Source: Candidatus Zipacnadia bacterium (GTDB taxonomy: Bacteria; Armatimonadota; Zipacnadia; Zipacnadales; UBA5352). Taken from it: a stretch of 64,000 bases of DNA. This document shows positions 15,945 through 27,817 of this stretch, one piece after another (position 1 is the stretch's first letter; every line of letters starts with the position of its first letter). The position numbers and the translations under genes were made by a program. The notes below the pieces were generated by a model. That model worked only from the letters and a program-made list of their open reading frames with translations. It was not told the origin of the DNA and ran no database searches. Location: contig JALGVA010000005.1 in the NCBI GenBank assembly GCA_029820295.1, forward strand, positions 1,025 through 65,024, in the 5' to 3' direction.

Positions 15945-18128
15945 CTACCACGTCCGCACTTCGGCCCTCAGCTTGCTGCCCAGGTTCTGCGTGATCCGGC
16001 CCATGGCCTCATCGACTTCTTCGTCGGTGAGCGTGCGCTCCGGGTGGCGGAAGCTCAGGCGCAGCGCGACGGACTTGCGTCCCTCGCCCACCCGCTCGCG
16101 GTCCGCGTAGACGTCGAAGACCTCAACGTGCTCGAGCAGCTCGCCGCCGGCGGCCCGCGTCGCCTCGACCACCCGGGTCGCCGAGTGGCGGTCGTCGTCA
16201 TCGAGTACGAGCGCCAGGTCGCGGATGGCCGCCGGCAGGCGCGGCAGCGGCGCGTAGGTCGCCAGCAGGCGAGCGCGCGCCAGCACGGCATCAAGGTCGA
16301 TCTCCAGCACACACGCGGGCTCAGGCAGGTCGTAGGCCTCCTGCACCTGCGGGGAGATCTCGCCGACGACGCCCACCGGCTCGCCGTCGATCAGCACCTG
16401 CGCTGTGCGGCCCGGGTGCAGCGACGGGTGCTCCCCGCGCTCGAAGCTCACCCCGGCGATGTGCAGCCGGCGCATGAGCTGCTCGAGGACGCCCTTGAGC
16501 CAGTAGAAATCCATCTTCTCGTACTCGTCGGGCAGGTTCCAGGTCGAGGTGCGCGCGCTGCCCATGACCAGCGCGGCCAGCGAGTGCCGCTCGTCGGGGA
16601 GCGCGCTGCCGTCGCCGAAGAACAGCCGCCCGATCTCGAACAGCGCGACATCCTCGACGCGCTGACGCACGTTGCGCTGCGCGGCGTCGAGCAGACCCGC
16701 GAGCAGTGTGGTGCGCATCAGCTCCTGGTTCTCGGCCGCCGGGTCGCGCAGCACCAGCGCCTCGCGCTCGCAGGCGTCCTCGGGATAGCACAGGAAGTCG
16801 AGGTCGCGGCGGCCCATCATCGAGAAGCTCACGTTCTCGCACAGCCCCGCGCCGCGCATCACCTCGCTGACGCGCTGGTCGAGCTTCTGCCGGCGGGTGC
16901 GCACGCCCGCGCCCGAGGTGTTCTCCGGCAGCGTGGTCGGCAGGTTGCTGTAGCCGTGGACGATGGCGATCTCCTCGATCAGGTCGATCTCGCGCTCCAG
17001 GTCGGGGCGGCGCGTGGGCACCGAGATGGTCAGGCGCTCGAGCGCCTGCTCGCGGTCGGGGTACGCACGCAGCCACTCAGTCTCCATGCCCCCCGGCGCC
17101 TCGGCCTTCTCGGGCTTCACCGCGAAGCCGAGGCGCTGGAGCAGCTCGATCTGCTCGTCGGTGGACAGCTCGGTGCCGAGCACGTGGTTGGTGCGCGCGG
17201 GGCGCAGCGTGATCGGCTCGCGCGTGAACTCCCCCGCGCGCACGTCGATGGCCGGCGCCGCCGCCGAGCCCCCGGCGATCTCGGCGATGAGCTGCGCCGA
17301 GCGCGCCAGCGCCGGCAGCGTCAGGTTCGGATCGACGTGGCGCTCGAAGCGGTACGACGCCTCGCTGCTCATGCCCAGACGCTGGGCGGTGCGCCGGATC
17401 ATGGTCGGGGCGAAGTGCGCGGACTCGATGAGCACGTCGGTGGTGCGGTCGCGCATCTCGGTGTCCCGGCCACCCATCACGCCGGCGAGCGCGACCGCGC
17501 CCTTGGGATCGGCGATGACCAGGTCCGCGGAGGTCAGCTCACGCATGGTCCCGTCGATGGTGACGAGCTTCTCGCCGTCGGCGGCGCGGCGCACAATGAT
17601 GTGGCCCTGGACGATGAGGCGGTGGTCGAAGGCGTGCAGCGGCTGGCCCAGCTCCCACATGGCGTAGTTGGTGGCGTCCACCACGTTGCTGATGGGCCGC
17701 AGGCCCGCGGCCTCCAGGCGGTGCGCCATCCACGGCGGCGACGGCCGTACCTCGACGCCGGTGATCCGCAGCGCGCTGTAGCGCGGGCAGCCCTCGAGGT
17801 CATCGATGGTGATGCGCGTGTCGCCCTGCTCGACGTCGCGCTCACCCATGACCGGCTGCTCGGTCTGGGGGATCGAGCAGTCGGGGAGCTTCAGCGCGCA
17901 GCCCAGCAGAGCGGCGGCATGGCGCGCGACGCCAACCATCGACAGCAGGTCGCCGCGGTTGGAGGTCACCGAGGTGATCAGGATCTGGTCGGTCGCCTGA
18001 CCGTCGGCGGACGTCCAGTCGATGATCTCCTCGACCTCCAGCCCGCCCATGGTGAGTATCTCGGCCAGCTCCCCGGCTGCGACCTCGGTGTCCAGGTACT
18101 CCATCAGCCAACTGTATGGGACGCGCAT
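15945..18128 (-). CDS. pheT: Phenylalanine--tRNA ligase beta subunit
   Basis: MRVPYSWLMEYLD N-terminus and overall PheT architecture, including the B3/B4 and B5 domains. 727 aa. Confidence 0.9.
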   Translation of the reverse strand: MRVPYSWLMEYLDTEVAAGELAEILTMGGLEVEEIIDWTSADGQATDQILITSVTSNRGDLLSMVGVARHAAALLGCALKLPDCSIPQTEQPVMGERDVEQGDTRITIDDLEGCPRYSALRITGVEVRPSPPWMAHRLEAAGLRPISNVVDATNYAMWELGQPLHAFDHRLIVQGHIIVRRAADGEKLVTIDGTMRELTSADLVIADPKGAVALAGVMGGRDTEMRDRTTDVLIESAHFAPTMIRRTAQRLGMSSEASYRFERHVDPNLTLPALARSAQLIAEIAGGSAAAPAIDVRAGEFTREPITLRPARTNHVLGTELSTDEQIELLQRLGFAVKPEKAEAPGGMETEWLRAYPDREQALERLTISVPTRRPDLEREIDLIEEIAIVHGYSNLPTTLPENTSGAGVRTRRQKLDQRVSEVMRGAGLCENVSFSMMGRRDLDFLCYPEDACEREALVLRDPAAENQELMRTTLLAGLLDAAQRNVRQRVEDVALFEIGRLFFGDGSALPDERHSLAALVMGSARTSTWNLPDEYEKMDFYWLKGVLEQLMRRLHIAGVSFERGEHPSLHPGRTAQVLIDGEPVGVVGEISPQVQEAYDLPEPACVLEIDLDAVLARARLLATYAPLPRLPAAIRDLALVLDDDDRHSATRVVEATRAAGGELLEHVEVFDVYADRERVGEGRKSVALRLSFRHPERTLTDEEVDEAMGRITQNLGSKLRAEVRTW

Positions 18129-18218
18129 CTCGTTGTCCTCCAGTCACTGCCCGTCGCTGTCGGATGCGTCGAACGTCGGCGGGCTGGAAGCCCGCCCCAC
18201 GGTGGCATGGGGCCGCAC

Positions 18219-19238
18219 TCAGAACTGCCGCAGCATGCGCATGTCGCCGCTGTAGAGCAGGCGCATGTCGGGGATGCCGTAGCGGTTCATGGCGAAGCGC
18301 TCGACGCCCACGCCGAAGGCGAAGCCGGTGTAGCGCTCGGTGTCATAGCCGACGCCGGCGAGCACGTTGGGATCGACCATCCCCGAACCGCCCAGCTCGA
18401 TCCAGCCGGTGCCCTTGCACACGCGACAGCCCTCGCCCGAACAGGCGAAGCAGGAAACCGCGAACTCGGCGCTGGGCTCGGTGAAGGGGAAGAAGTCCGG
18501 GCGGAAGCGTACGCGCGCCTCCTCGCCGAACATGCCGCGCGCGAAGGCCAGCAGCGTGCCCTTGAGGTCGGCCATGGTGATGCCCTCATCCACGCACAGG
18601 CCCTCGAGCTGGTAGAAGGTGTGTGAGTGCGTGGCGTCGAGGGTATCGCGGCGGAAGCACCGGCCGGGCACGACGACGCGCACCGGCGGCTCCTGCGTCT
18701 CCATGACGCGGATCTGCACCGTCGAGGTCTGGCTGCGCAGCAGCACATCGTCGGCGATGTAGAAGGTCATCTGCTCGTCCATCGCCGGGTGGTCGGGCGG
18801 GTAGTTGAGCGCCTCGAAGCCGTAGTAGTTGTTCTCGACCTCCGGCCCCTCGGCGATGGTGTAGCCGAGCCCGAGGAAGATCTCAAGCATGTCGTCGAGG
18901 GTGGCCAGCAGCGGATGCCGGCCGGCGATGTGCTGGGCGCGCCCGGGCAGGGTCACGTCAATGGCGCTCTCAGCCGCGCGCAGACGGCTCTGTCCGGCCT
19001 CCAGCTCCTTGCGTCGGGCCTCGAGAAGGGCCTCGAGTTCGGCGCGCGTCTCGTTGATGAGCCGGCCGAACTGCGGGCGCAGCTCCTTGGCGAGGTCGCG
19101 GATGCCCTGCTGGATGTCGCGCAGGATGCCGCTGCGCCCCAGGTAGCGGGCGCGCGCCTGCTCGAGTTCGTCGAGGTTGGTGGCCTCGCGCAGCGCCCGG
19201 CGCGCCGCCTCGGCCATCTCACGCAATCGATGCTCCAT
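18219..19238 (-). CDS. pheS: Phenylalanine--tRNA ligase alpha subunit
   Basis: Class II aaRS motifs (FRPDFFPFTEPS, GxGxGxER: GFAFGVGVERFAM). 339 aa. Confidence 0.9.
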   Translation of the reverse strand: MEHRLREMAEAARRALREATNLDELEQARARYLGRSGILRDIQQGIRDLAKELRPQFGRLINETRAELEALLEARRKELEAGQSRLRAAESAIDVTLPGRAQHIAGRHPLLATLDDMLEIFLGLGYTIAEGPEVENNYYGFEALNYPPDHPAMDEQMTFYIADDVLLRSQTSTVQIRVMETQEPPVRVVVPGRCFRRDTLDATHSHTFYQLEGLCVDEGITMADLKGTLLAFARGMFGEEARVRFRPDFFPFTEPSAEFAVSCFACSGEGCRVCKGTGWIELGGSGMVDPNVLAGVGYDTERYTGFAFGVGVERFAMNRYGIPDMRLLYSGDMRMLRQF

Positions 19239-19501
19239 GATCCTGCCTCCTCACTGCTGCCCCCGGATACGCAAACAGCCCCGCCTCTCGTCCCAGGGAC
19301 GAAAGCACGGGGCCTCCGTTGTACCACCCGTCGGGTGGGAAATGTGCTCCGGTAACGGTGGAGCGCCCGGCTGGGCCTACTGGCGTCCGCGCACACGCGG
19401 ACCGTTCGGCCTGCGACTCGGGAGCGAACTTCGGCGTGGCGTCCGGTCGGGGCGCTCTCAGCCCGTGGCGGCCCCTCTCTGTCGGCCGACTTGCCCCGCG
19501 C
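19239..19501 (-). promoter_or_regulatory. Putative T-box-like leader with intrinsic terminator upstream of pheS
   Basis: On the minus strand, GGGUGGUAC (the T-box core GGGUGGNAC; plus-strand coordinates 19321-19334) is immediately followed by a long GC hairpin (19278-19313) and UGUUUGCG. A UUC codon (GAAGUUCGC) lies about 100 nt upstream. GAGGAGG RBS is present before the ATG. Confidence 0.35.
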
Positions 19502-20320
19502 CTACTTCTCTCCGTCACTGTCGTTGGTGCGGCCTCGTTGTCTCAGGATCTCCCAGATGAGCACGCCGGCGGCGACCGCCACGTTCAGGCTCTGGGCGCG
19601 CCCGGGCATGGCGATGTACGCCCTCACGTCCGCCTCGCCCGCGACCTCGGCGGGCAGGCCATTGGCCTCATTGCCCACCATCACCAGTGCGCGCCGCGGG
19701 TAGCGGATCGCGGTGTGCGGCAGGGCGTCGTCGAGGCAGGCGGCGATCGACCTCATGCCCTGCGCGCGCGCCCAGCCCGGCAACTCGGCGATGCTCACGT
19801 CATCGACCGCCGGCAGATGGAAGATCGAGCCGGCGGTGGCGCGCACCACCTTCGGGTCGTACAGATCCACGCAGTTTCCGGCGGCGATGAAGCCCTGCGC
19901 GCCCGCCGCGTCGGCGGTGCGCAGCAGCGCGCCCATGTTGCCCGGGTCGCGCACATCCACCGCCGCGACCAGCAGATCGGCATCGGCGGGCAGGTCATCG
20001 AGTCCGGTGGCGGGGATGGTCACCGCCGCCGCGATGCCCTCAGGCGCCTGCACCTGGCTGAAGGCCCGGAAGGGCGCCTGAGCCATCTCCAGCACCTGCG
20101 CGCCGCTCGCCGCCAGCTCCCGGGCCAGCTCCGCGGCCCGCTCGCTCGCGATCAGCGCCGAGCAGTGGGCCACGGTGGCCAGCTCCAGCCCACCCGCGAG
20201 CGCCTCCTCAAGCGCGCGTACGCCCTCGACCAGAAACTGGCCGTGCGTGCGGCGGCCCTTGCGGGTCGCCAGCGCGCGCAGGCGCTTGACGTGCCGATTC
20301 TGCGTGCTCTCGACTATCAA
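19502..20320 (-). CDS. TrmH/SpoU family RNA 2'-O-methyltransferase (RlmB-like)
   Basis: SpoU methylase motifs (LDxVxDPxNxGAxxRTA: DVRDPGNMGALLRTA; MVGNEANGL). 272 aa. Confidence 0.85.
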   Translation of the reverse strand: MIVESTQNRHVKRLRALATRKGRRTHGQFLVEGVRALEEALAGGLELATVAHCSALIASERAAELARELAASGAQVLEMAQAPFRAFSQVQAPEGIAAAVTIPATGLDDLPADADLLVAAVDVRDPGNMGALLRTADAAGAQGFIAAGNCVDLYDPKVVRATAGSIFHLPAVDDVSIAELPGWARAQGMRSIAACLDDALPHTAIRYPRRALVMVGNEANGLPAEVAGEADVRAYIAMPGRAQSLNVAVAAGVLIWEILRQRGRTNDSDGEK

Positions 20321-20360
20321 CCTGTTCGCCCGGGCCGCGCGGCGGCGGCCCTGCGTCGGC

Positions 20361-20720
20361 TCAGGCGGGCATCTCCTGCTTGGCGATCTCGGCCACGGTG
20401 GCGAAGGCCTCGGGGTCGTGCATCGCCATCTGCGCCAGCATCTTGCGGTTGATGAGCACGCCGGCCTTCTTGAGCCCGCCGATCAGGCGGCTGTAGTTGG
20501 TGCCGTGGGCACGCGCCGCGGCGTTGATGCGCGCGTTCCACAGCCGGCGGAAGTCGCGCTTGCGTGCGCGCCGATCGCGCCATGCGAAGGCGCCCGCGCG
20601 CAGCACGGTGTCGCGCGCGGCGGTATACAGGCGGTGCCTGCCGCCCCACGCGCCCCTGGCGGCCTTGAGCACCTTCTTGTGCCGCCGCCGCCTGGCATAT
20701 CCGGTCTTCACTCGAGCCAT
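20361..20720 (-). CDS. rplT: 50S ribosomal protein L20
   Basis: MARVKTGYARRRRHKKVLKAARG... is canonical L20. Confidence 0.95.
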   Translation of the reverse strand: MARVKTGYARRRRHKKVLKAARGAWGGRHRLYTAARDTVLRAGAFAWRDRRARKRDFRRLWNARINAAARAHGTNYSRLIGGLKKAGVLINRKMLAQMAMHDPEAFATVAEIAKQEMPA

Positions 20721-20784
20721 CGAACGCTCTTCCCTTCGCCCGCGCCGGGCGCGGCCCGCGCGGGATCGTCTTGAATGCTCCGGG

Positions 20785-20988
20785 CTAGTCGTACGGCAGC
20801 AGCGTCTCCATGGTGCGCTTGTCGCCCGACTCGAGTTCCTTCATGCGCTTGAGGCGCCGCATGCGGCGGGCGTTCTTGGTGCCGGCCAGGTGGTTCTGCG
20901 CCTGACTGGTGTGCACCAGCTTGCCCGAGCCGGTGCGCCGGAAGCGCTTGGCTGCCGACTTCTTCGTCTTCATCTTGGGCACCGCCAT
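20785..20988 (-). CDS. rpmI: 50S ribosomal protein L35
   Basis: MAVPKMKTKKSAAKRFRRTGSGK... Internal ATG chosen, giving 67 aa. The 9 upstream codons of the track ORF were rejected. Confidence 0.9.
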   Translation of the reverse strand: MAVPKMKTKKSAAKRFRRTGSGKLVHTSQAQNHLAGTKNARRMRRLKRMKELESGDKRTMETLLPYD

Positions 20989-21099
20989 CAGTCCCCTTAC
21001 GTGTCCGGGCCACACGGGCCCGGCCTGGTATGCCAGAGAAAGCCGGGCCGACCGAGGCGGGCCCCGGTCGGCTGGTCGTGCGTGCCGCGACTGCTCCGC

Positions 21100-21597
21100 C
21101 TAGTCGGCGGACTTGGGGCGCAGGACCATCGTCATCCGACGGCCCTCCATGCGCGGCGCCTGCTCCACGTCGCCGTATTCCGCGCAGCCCTCGATGAACT
21201 TCTCGAGCTGCTCGCGGCCGATCTCCTTGTGGCGCAACTCCGGCCCGCGGAAGATGACATTGAACTTGACCATGTCACCCTTGCTCAAGAAGCGGCAGGC
21301 GTTCCGGATCTTGAACTGCACGTCGTGATCATCCGTGTTCGGCCGCACCCGGATGGTCTTGACCTGCATCTGGCGCGACTTCTTCTTCGCTTCCTTGGCC
21401 TTCTTCTGCTGCTCGTAGCGGAACTTGCCGTGGTCCATGATGCGGCACACAGGCGGGTCCGCATTGGGCGCGACTTCGATGAGGTCCAGTCCTCGCTGCG
21501 TCGCTTGCTCCAGCGCCTTCTCCGTAGGCATCACGCCGATCTGCTCGCCGTCCGGAGAGATCACTCGCACCTGCGGGGCGCGGATGCGCTCATTCAC
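21100..21597 (-). CDS. infC: Translation initiation factor IF-3 (non-AUG start: GTG, or AUA 8 codons upstream)
   Basis: Aligns with IF3 (INGEIRA..VRL.., PPVCRIMDYGKF-like PPVCRIMDHGKF). The track start is GTG. An in-frame AUA lies 24 nt upstream after a stop. A non-AUG start is typical of infC autoregulation. Confidence 0.9.
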   Translation of the reverse strand: MNERIRAPQVRVISPDGEQIGVMPTEKALEQATQRGLDLIEVAPNADPPVCRIMDHGKFRYEQQKKAKEAKKKSRQMQVKTIRVRPNTDDHDVQFKIRNACRFLSKGDMVKFNVIFRGPELRHKEIGREQLEKFIEGCAEYGDVEQAPRMEGRRMTMVLRPKSAD

Positions 21598-22225
21598 TCG
21601 GTAGGACCTGTCTATGTGCCGTCACTCCCTGGTACGCGTTCTTGCGTACGCGCGGCGCGCGCTCGCGAAGAGGCTCAGATAGAAGCGTACCGCAGAGCAT
21701 ACAAGAAACCTCGAACACGTGTCAAGACGCCCCGTCGTCTTCAGAAACGGGCGCGATGGCCCCATCCACCTGCGAGCCGCGCCGCCCGAGGGGGGGGCGC
21801 AGGGCTACGACCGCTACGGCAGAGGCCATGACGGCAACGGCACCCACAACCGGATACTTCCAGCTCGCTCAAGACCGGACATTTCTATTCTGCCTTGACA
21901 CACCTCACGCGGGTGCGTCCTGAGATTGCCGGTAGACAGCGCGGCGGCGCGGTGGGGCGACCTCCTCACGCCCGGCCCGACTGCGTCGGGCCGCCCTCTC
22001 TCCGCCGGCGCACCTGCGGTGCGCCGGCGGAAGAGGGACCGGCGTTGTCTGATCGACCTTCGCCGGGGTGGCGGCATGCAGGACGTGGCGCAAGCCTGAT
22101 CCCGCGCGACCGCGTTGTGTGCGGTCGCCCGGGGTCGGGACGGGGGAGAAGGTTGTTGCCGTCCGTCCTGCGTCAACCGTCGCGCGTACCGGCATTCGGG
22201 ATTCACGCCCCCTGGCGCGCGAACG

Positions 22226-22254
22226 TTGACGCTCGGCGCCGGGCGGGATACAAT
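22226..22254 (+). promoter_or_regulatory. Sigma70-type promoter TTGACG-17-TACAAT, 43 nt upstream of uvrA
   Basis: Hexamers and spacer read directly from the sequence (gaacgTTGACGctcggcgccgggcgggaTACAATgaag). Confidence 0.55.
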
Positions 22255-22296
22255 GAAGTGTCCGGCGCAGTCCGGAAAGGATGAGGACATCACCGC

Positions 22297-25143
<2,847 letters not shown>

Positions 25144-25154
25144 CGCCGCCGGCC

Positions 25155-26156
25155 ATGCCGGGAGATGACATGGAGCCATCCGCAGACCACCGCAATGCAG
25201 CCGGGCTTCACGCCACCGTCCTGGTGCCCAGCTACCGCCGCTCCGACAGCCTGCTGCACTGCCTGGAGGCGGTGCTGGCCGGATCGCGCGTGCCGGATCA
25301 GATCGTGGTGGTGCTGCGCGACGGCGATGATGAGTCACGCACGCAACTGGCGGCGTGGCTGCGGGACAACCCGCACGCGGAGATGATCGACGTCGCGACG
25401 GTGGCTGAAGGGGGCCAGGCCGCGGCCACCAACGCCGGCCTGCGCATCGCCCACGGCGACGTGATCTGCTTCATCGACGACGACACTGCGCCCACGCGCG
25501 AGTGGCTGGAGCGGCTGCTGGCCCACTACGCCGACCCGGCCGTCGTGGGCGTTGGCGGGCGCGACATCGTGCACCACGGCGACGCTGTCTCCTTCACGCC
25601 CGCCGCGGTGGTGGGTCGGATCACATGGTACGGTCGGCTGATCGGCAACCACCATCAACCGGCATTCGAGGAGCCGCGGGCCGTCGCGCACCTCAAGGGC
25701 GCCAACATGAGCTTCCGCCGAGAGGTCGTGCGTGGCTTCGACACGAACCTGCTGGGCGCGCACTTCACCGACACCGACGCCTCACTCGGGGCCGGACGCC
25801 ATGGTCGGCTGGTGTATGACCCGCTGGCGGCGGTGCATCACTACCCCGCGCCGCGCACCGGCGGCTTCAACCGCCGGTCCGAGCGCGTCGATGAGCTGCG
25901 CGCCGACGCCCATGACGCGGCCTACGTCATGCTGAAGCACCTGACCGGCGCGCGGCGCGCGGGTTTCCTGGCGTTCGCGCTCGCCGTCGGACAGGACCGC
26001 CGCTACGGCCTGCTGCGCGCGCTGGCCCGGCTGCCGGTGGAGGGTGGGCTGGCGCTGCGCCGCTGGCGCGCCGCGACCGCGGGCCTGCTGGAGGCCCGCC
26101 GCACCGCCCGCCAGACCAACGCTCGCCGGGAGGACCGCGACCGTGCCCGCACCTGA
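25155..26156 (+). CDS. Glycosyltransferase family 2 (soluble, GT-A fold)
   Basis: TVLVPSYRRSD...DDDT (DXD-like FIDDDTAP). Start chosen at MPGDDMEPS, 12 nt after the uvrA stop. Confidence 0.75.
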   Translation: MPGDDMEPSADHRNAAGLHATVLVPSYRRSDSLLHCLEAVLAGSRVPDQIVVVLRDGDDESRTQLAAWLRDNPHAEMIDVATVAEGGQAAATNAGLRIAHGDVICFIDDDTAPTREWLERLLAHYADPAVVGVGGRDIVHHGDAVSFTPAAVVGRITWYGRLIGNHHQPAFEEPRAVAHLKGANMSFRREVVRGFDTNLLGAHFTDTDASLGAGRHGRLVYDPLAAVHHYPAPRTGGFNRRSERVDELRADAHDAAYVMLKHLTGARRAGFLAFALAVGQDRRYGLLRALARLPVEGGLALRRWRAATAGLLEARRTARQTNARREDRDRART

Positions 26157-27723
26157 GAGCGCCGCGGCTGAGGCGGTGCGCCCGGCTGGTGACCGCCGCT
26201 CACGCCTGCGGCGCGGCCTCTTCGTCATCTCGCTGGTGGCCCTGACCTTCCACGTCGCGCGCTTCGCCGGGGACAACATGGGGCTGGCGGCCATGTCGGC
26301 GGCCATGGCCATCGTCGAGCGCGGTACGCTGCAGATCGACCCGTACGCCCGGGACCTGCGCGAGGTGTCGTGGCGGGATGGGCACTACTACTCCGGGATG
26401 CCGCCGGGCAAGTCCTTCGTGGCCGTGCCGGTCTACGCACTCACGCGGCCCATCCTCGCGCCTGCCGCGCGCGCGCTGATGCCGGTGATGCGGCGGCTGC
26501 CCGAGGGCCCGGGACGGCTGTTCTCGGAGCCGTGGATGGTGCGCCGGATGCTGCTCATGCTGCTGGTGCACCTGCTGGTGCTCATCCCCGTGGCCGCCTG
26601 CACCACGGTCATGCTCTTCGATCTGGCGCGCAGCGCGGTCGGCGACCGGCCGGGCGCATTCTCGCTCGCCCTGCTGCTGGCCTTCGGCTCGCTGTGGTGG
26701 GCACATGCGGCGGGCGGCTCGGCGCGCACCTTCGCGGCGACGCTCGTGCTCGCGCTGCTGTGGTGGGTGGCGGCGATGCGCGCCGGCACCGCGCCGGCGC
26801 GGCGACCGTGGGCCATGCTGGGGCTGGGCGCTGCCGCGGGCCTGGCCGTCGCCACCCGCTACGACATGATCCTGATGGTCATCCCGCCCGCCATCTACGC
26901 CGTCGCGCGCACCTCATGGCGCGAGCGCCTGGGGCTGGCCGCCGGGCTGGCGCTTACGCTCGGACTGGCGGCGGTCTACCACTACGCGGCCTTCGGCAGT
27001 CCGCTGCGCACGCCCTACAACGTGAAGCTCACGCCGGTGCTGCACATCCGGCAGCAGTACCGCGGCGGCACTGAGGGCCTGACCTGGATCGAGCACTGCG
27101 GCGAACCCATGGCCGTCTACAACCAGGATCGGCGCGAGCTGCGCCTGGGCAACATCTACGATGACGCTATCGGCGGCCCCACCGCGCTGCTGCGCTTCAC
27201 ACCGCCACTGGCGCTGGCGCTGGTGGGGGTCGTCCTGCTGGGGCGCGCACCGTCGCGCTCGGCGCGCGAGCTGGCCCTGGTGACGGGCGCGGCGGTGCTG
27301 GGCAACTTCCTGGCGGTCTCGCTGATCCCGTTCGCCGGTTTCATGGGCAGCGTCGGGCCGCGCTACATGATGCCCGCGGTGCCCTTCCTGATGCTGCTGA
27401 TGGCTCCCGCCTGGGTCGCGCTGTGGGCGTGGGCGCGGGGCGTCCTGCTGGGGCTGTGCTTCGTGCCCAGCTACCTGGCGGCGATGTTCACCGAGCGGGT
27501 GGAGAGCCCGCTGGCCTTCGACCTGGTCGCGCGCTTCGGCCTGAGCAACTACATCATGAGCCGTGCGCAGGAGGCGCATCTGGGCATCTCGCCCGGCCTG
27601 TCGACCGCGGTGTGCCTGGCGTTCTGGGCCGTCATGGTCGCGCTGGCGATGCACTACCTGCGCCCGCCACATGGCACGCAGCGCCGGGTGGACGACGGCG
27701 GGCGCGGGGATGCGTCCGCGTGA
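26143..27723 (+). CDS. Polytopic membrane glycosyltransferase, GT-C fold (PMT/ArnT/GT39/GT83-like). Start uncertain (GTG at 26143 or 26176).
   Basis: At least 11 predicted TM helices. A conserved-looking periplasmic loop (RDGHYYSGMPPGKSF) follows TM1. The gene overlaps the upstream GT2 by 14 nt and lies directly upstream of a Dpm1-like GT2. Confidence 0.6.
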   Translation: MPAPESAAAEAVRPAGDRRSRLRRGLFVISLVALTFHVARFAGDNMGLAAMSAAMAIVERGTLQIDPYARDLREVSWRDGHYYSGMPPGKSFVAVPVYALTRPILAPAARALMPVMRRLPEGPGRLFSEPWMVRRMLLMLLVHLLVLIPVAACTTVMLFDLARSAVGDRPGAFSLALLLAFGSLWWAHAAGGSARTFAATLVLALLWWVAAMRAGTAPARRPWAMLGLGAAAGLAVATRYDMILMVIPPAIYAVARTSWRERLGLAAGLALTLGLAAVYHYAAFGSPLRTPYNVKLTPVLHIRQQYRGGTEGLTWIEHCGEPMAVYNQDRRELRLGNIYDDAIGGPTALLRFTPPLALALVGVVLLGRAPSRSARELALVTGAAVLGNFLAVSLIPFAGFMGSVGPRYMMPAVPFLMLLMAPAWVALWAWARGVLLGLCFVPSYLAAMFTERVESPLAFDLVARFGLSNYIMSRAQEAHLGISPGLSTAVCLAFWAVMVALAMHYLRPPHGTQRRVDDGGRGDASA

Positions 27724-27817
27724 GGGCGCCTCACGCTGGTCAGCCGTGGCGGCATGTGGTAGTCTGGGCGCGTCATCCCGCCGGGAAGGGGACACCGCCG
27801 CGAAGGGAGGAGCGGGT

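Noticed and set aside
15855-18626. 923-aa plus-strand ORF antisense to pheT and pheS
   Set aside because: Low-complexity R/A/G/L-rich product. The minus strand encodes unmistakable PheT (MRVPYSWL...) and PheS.
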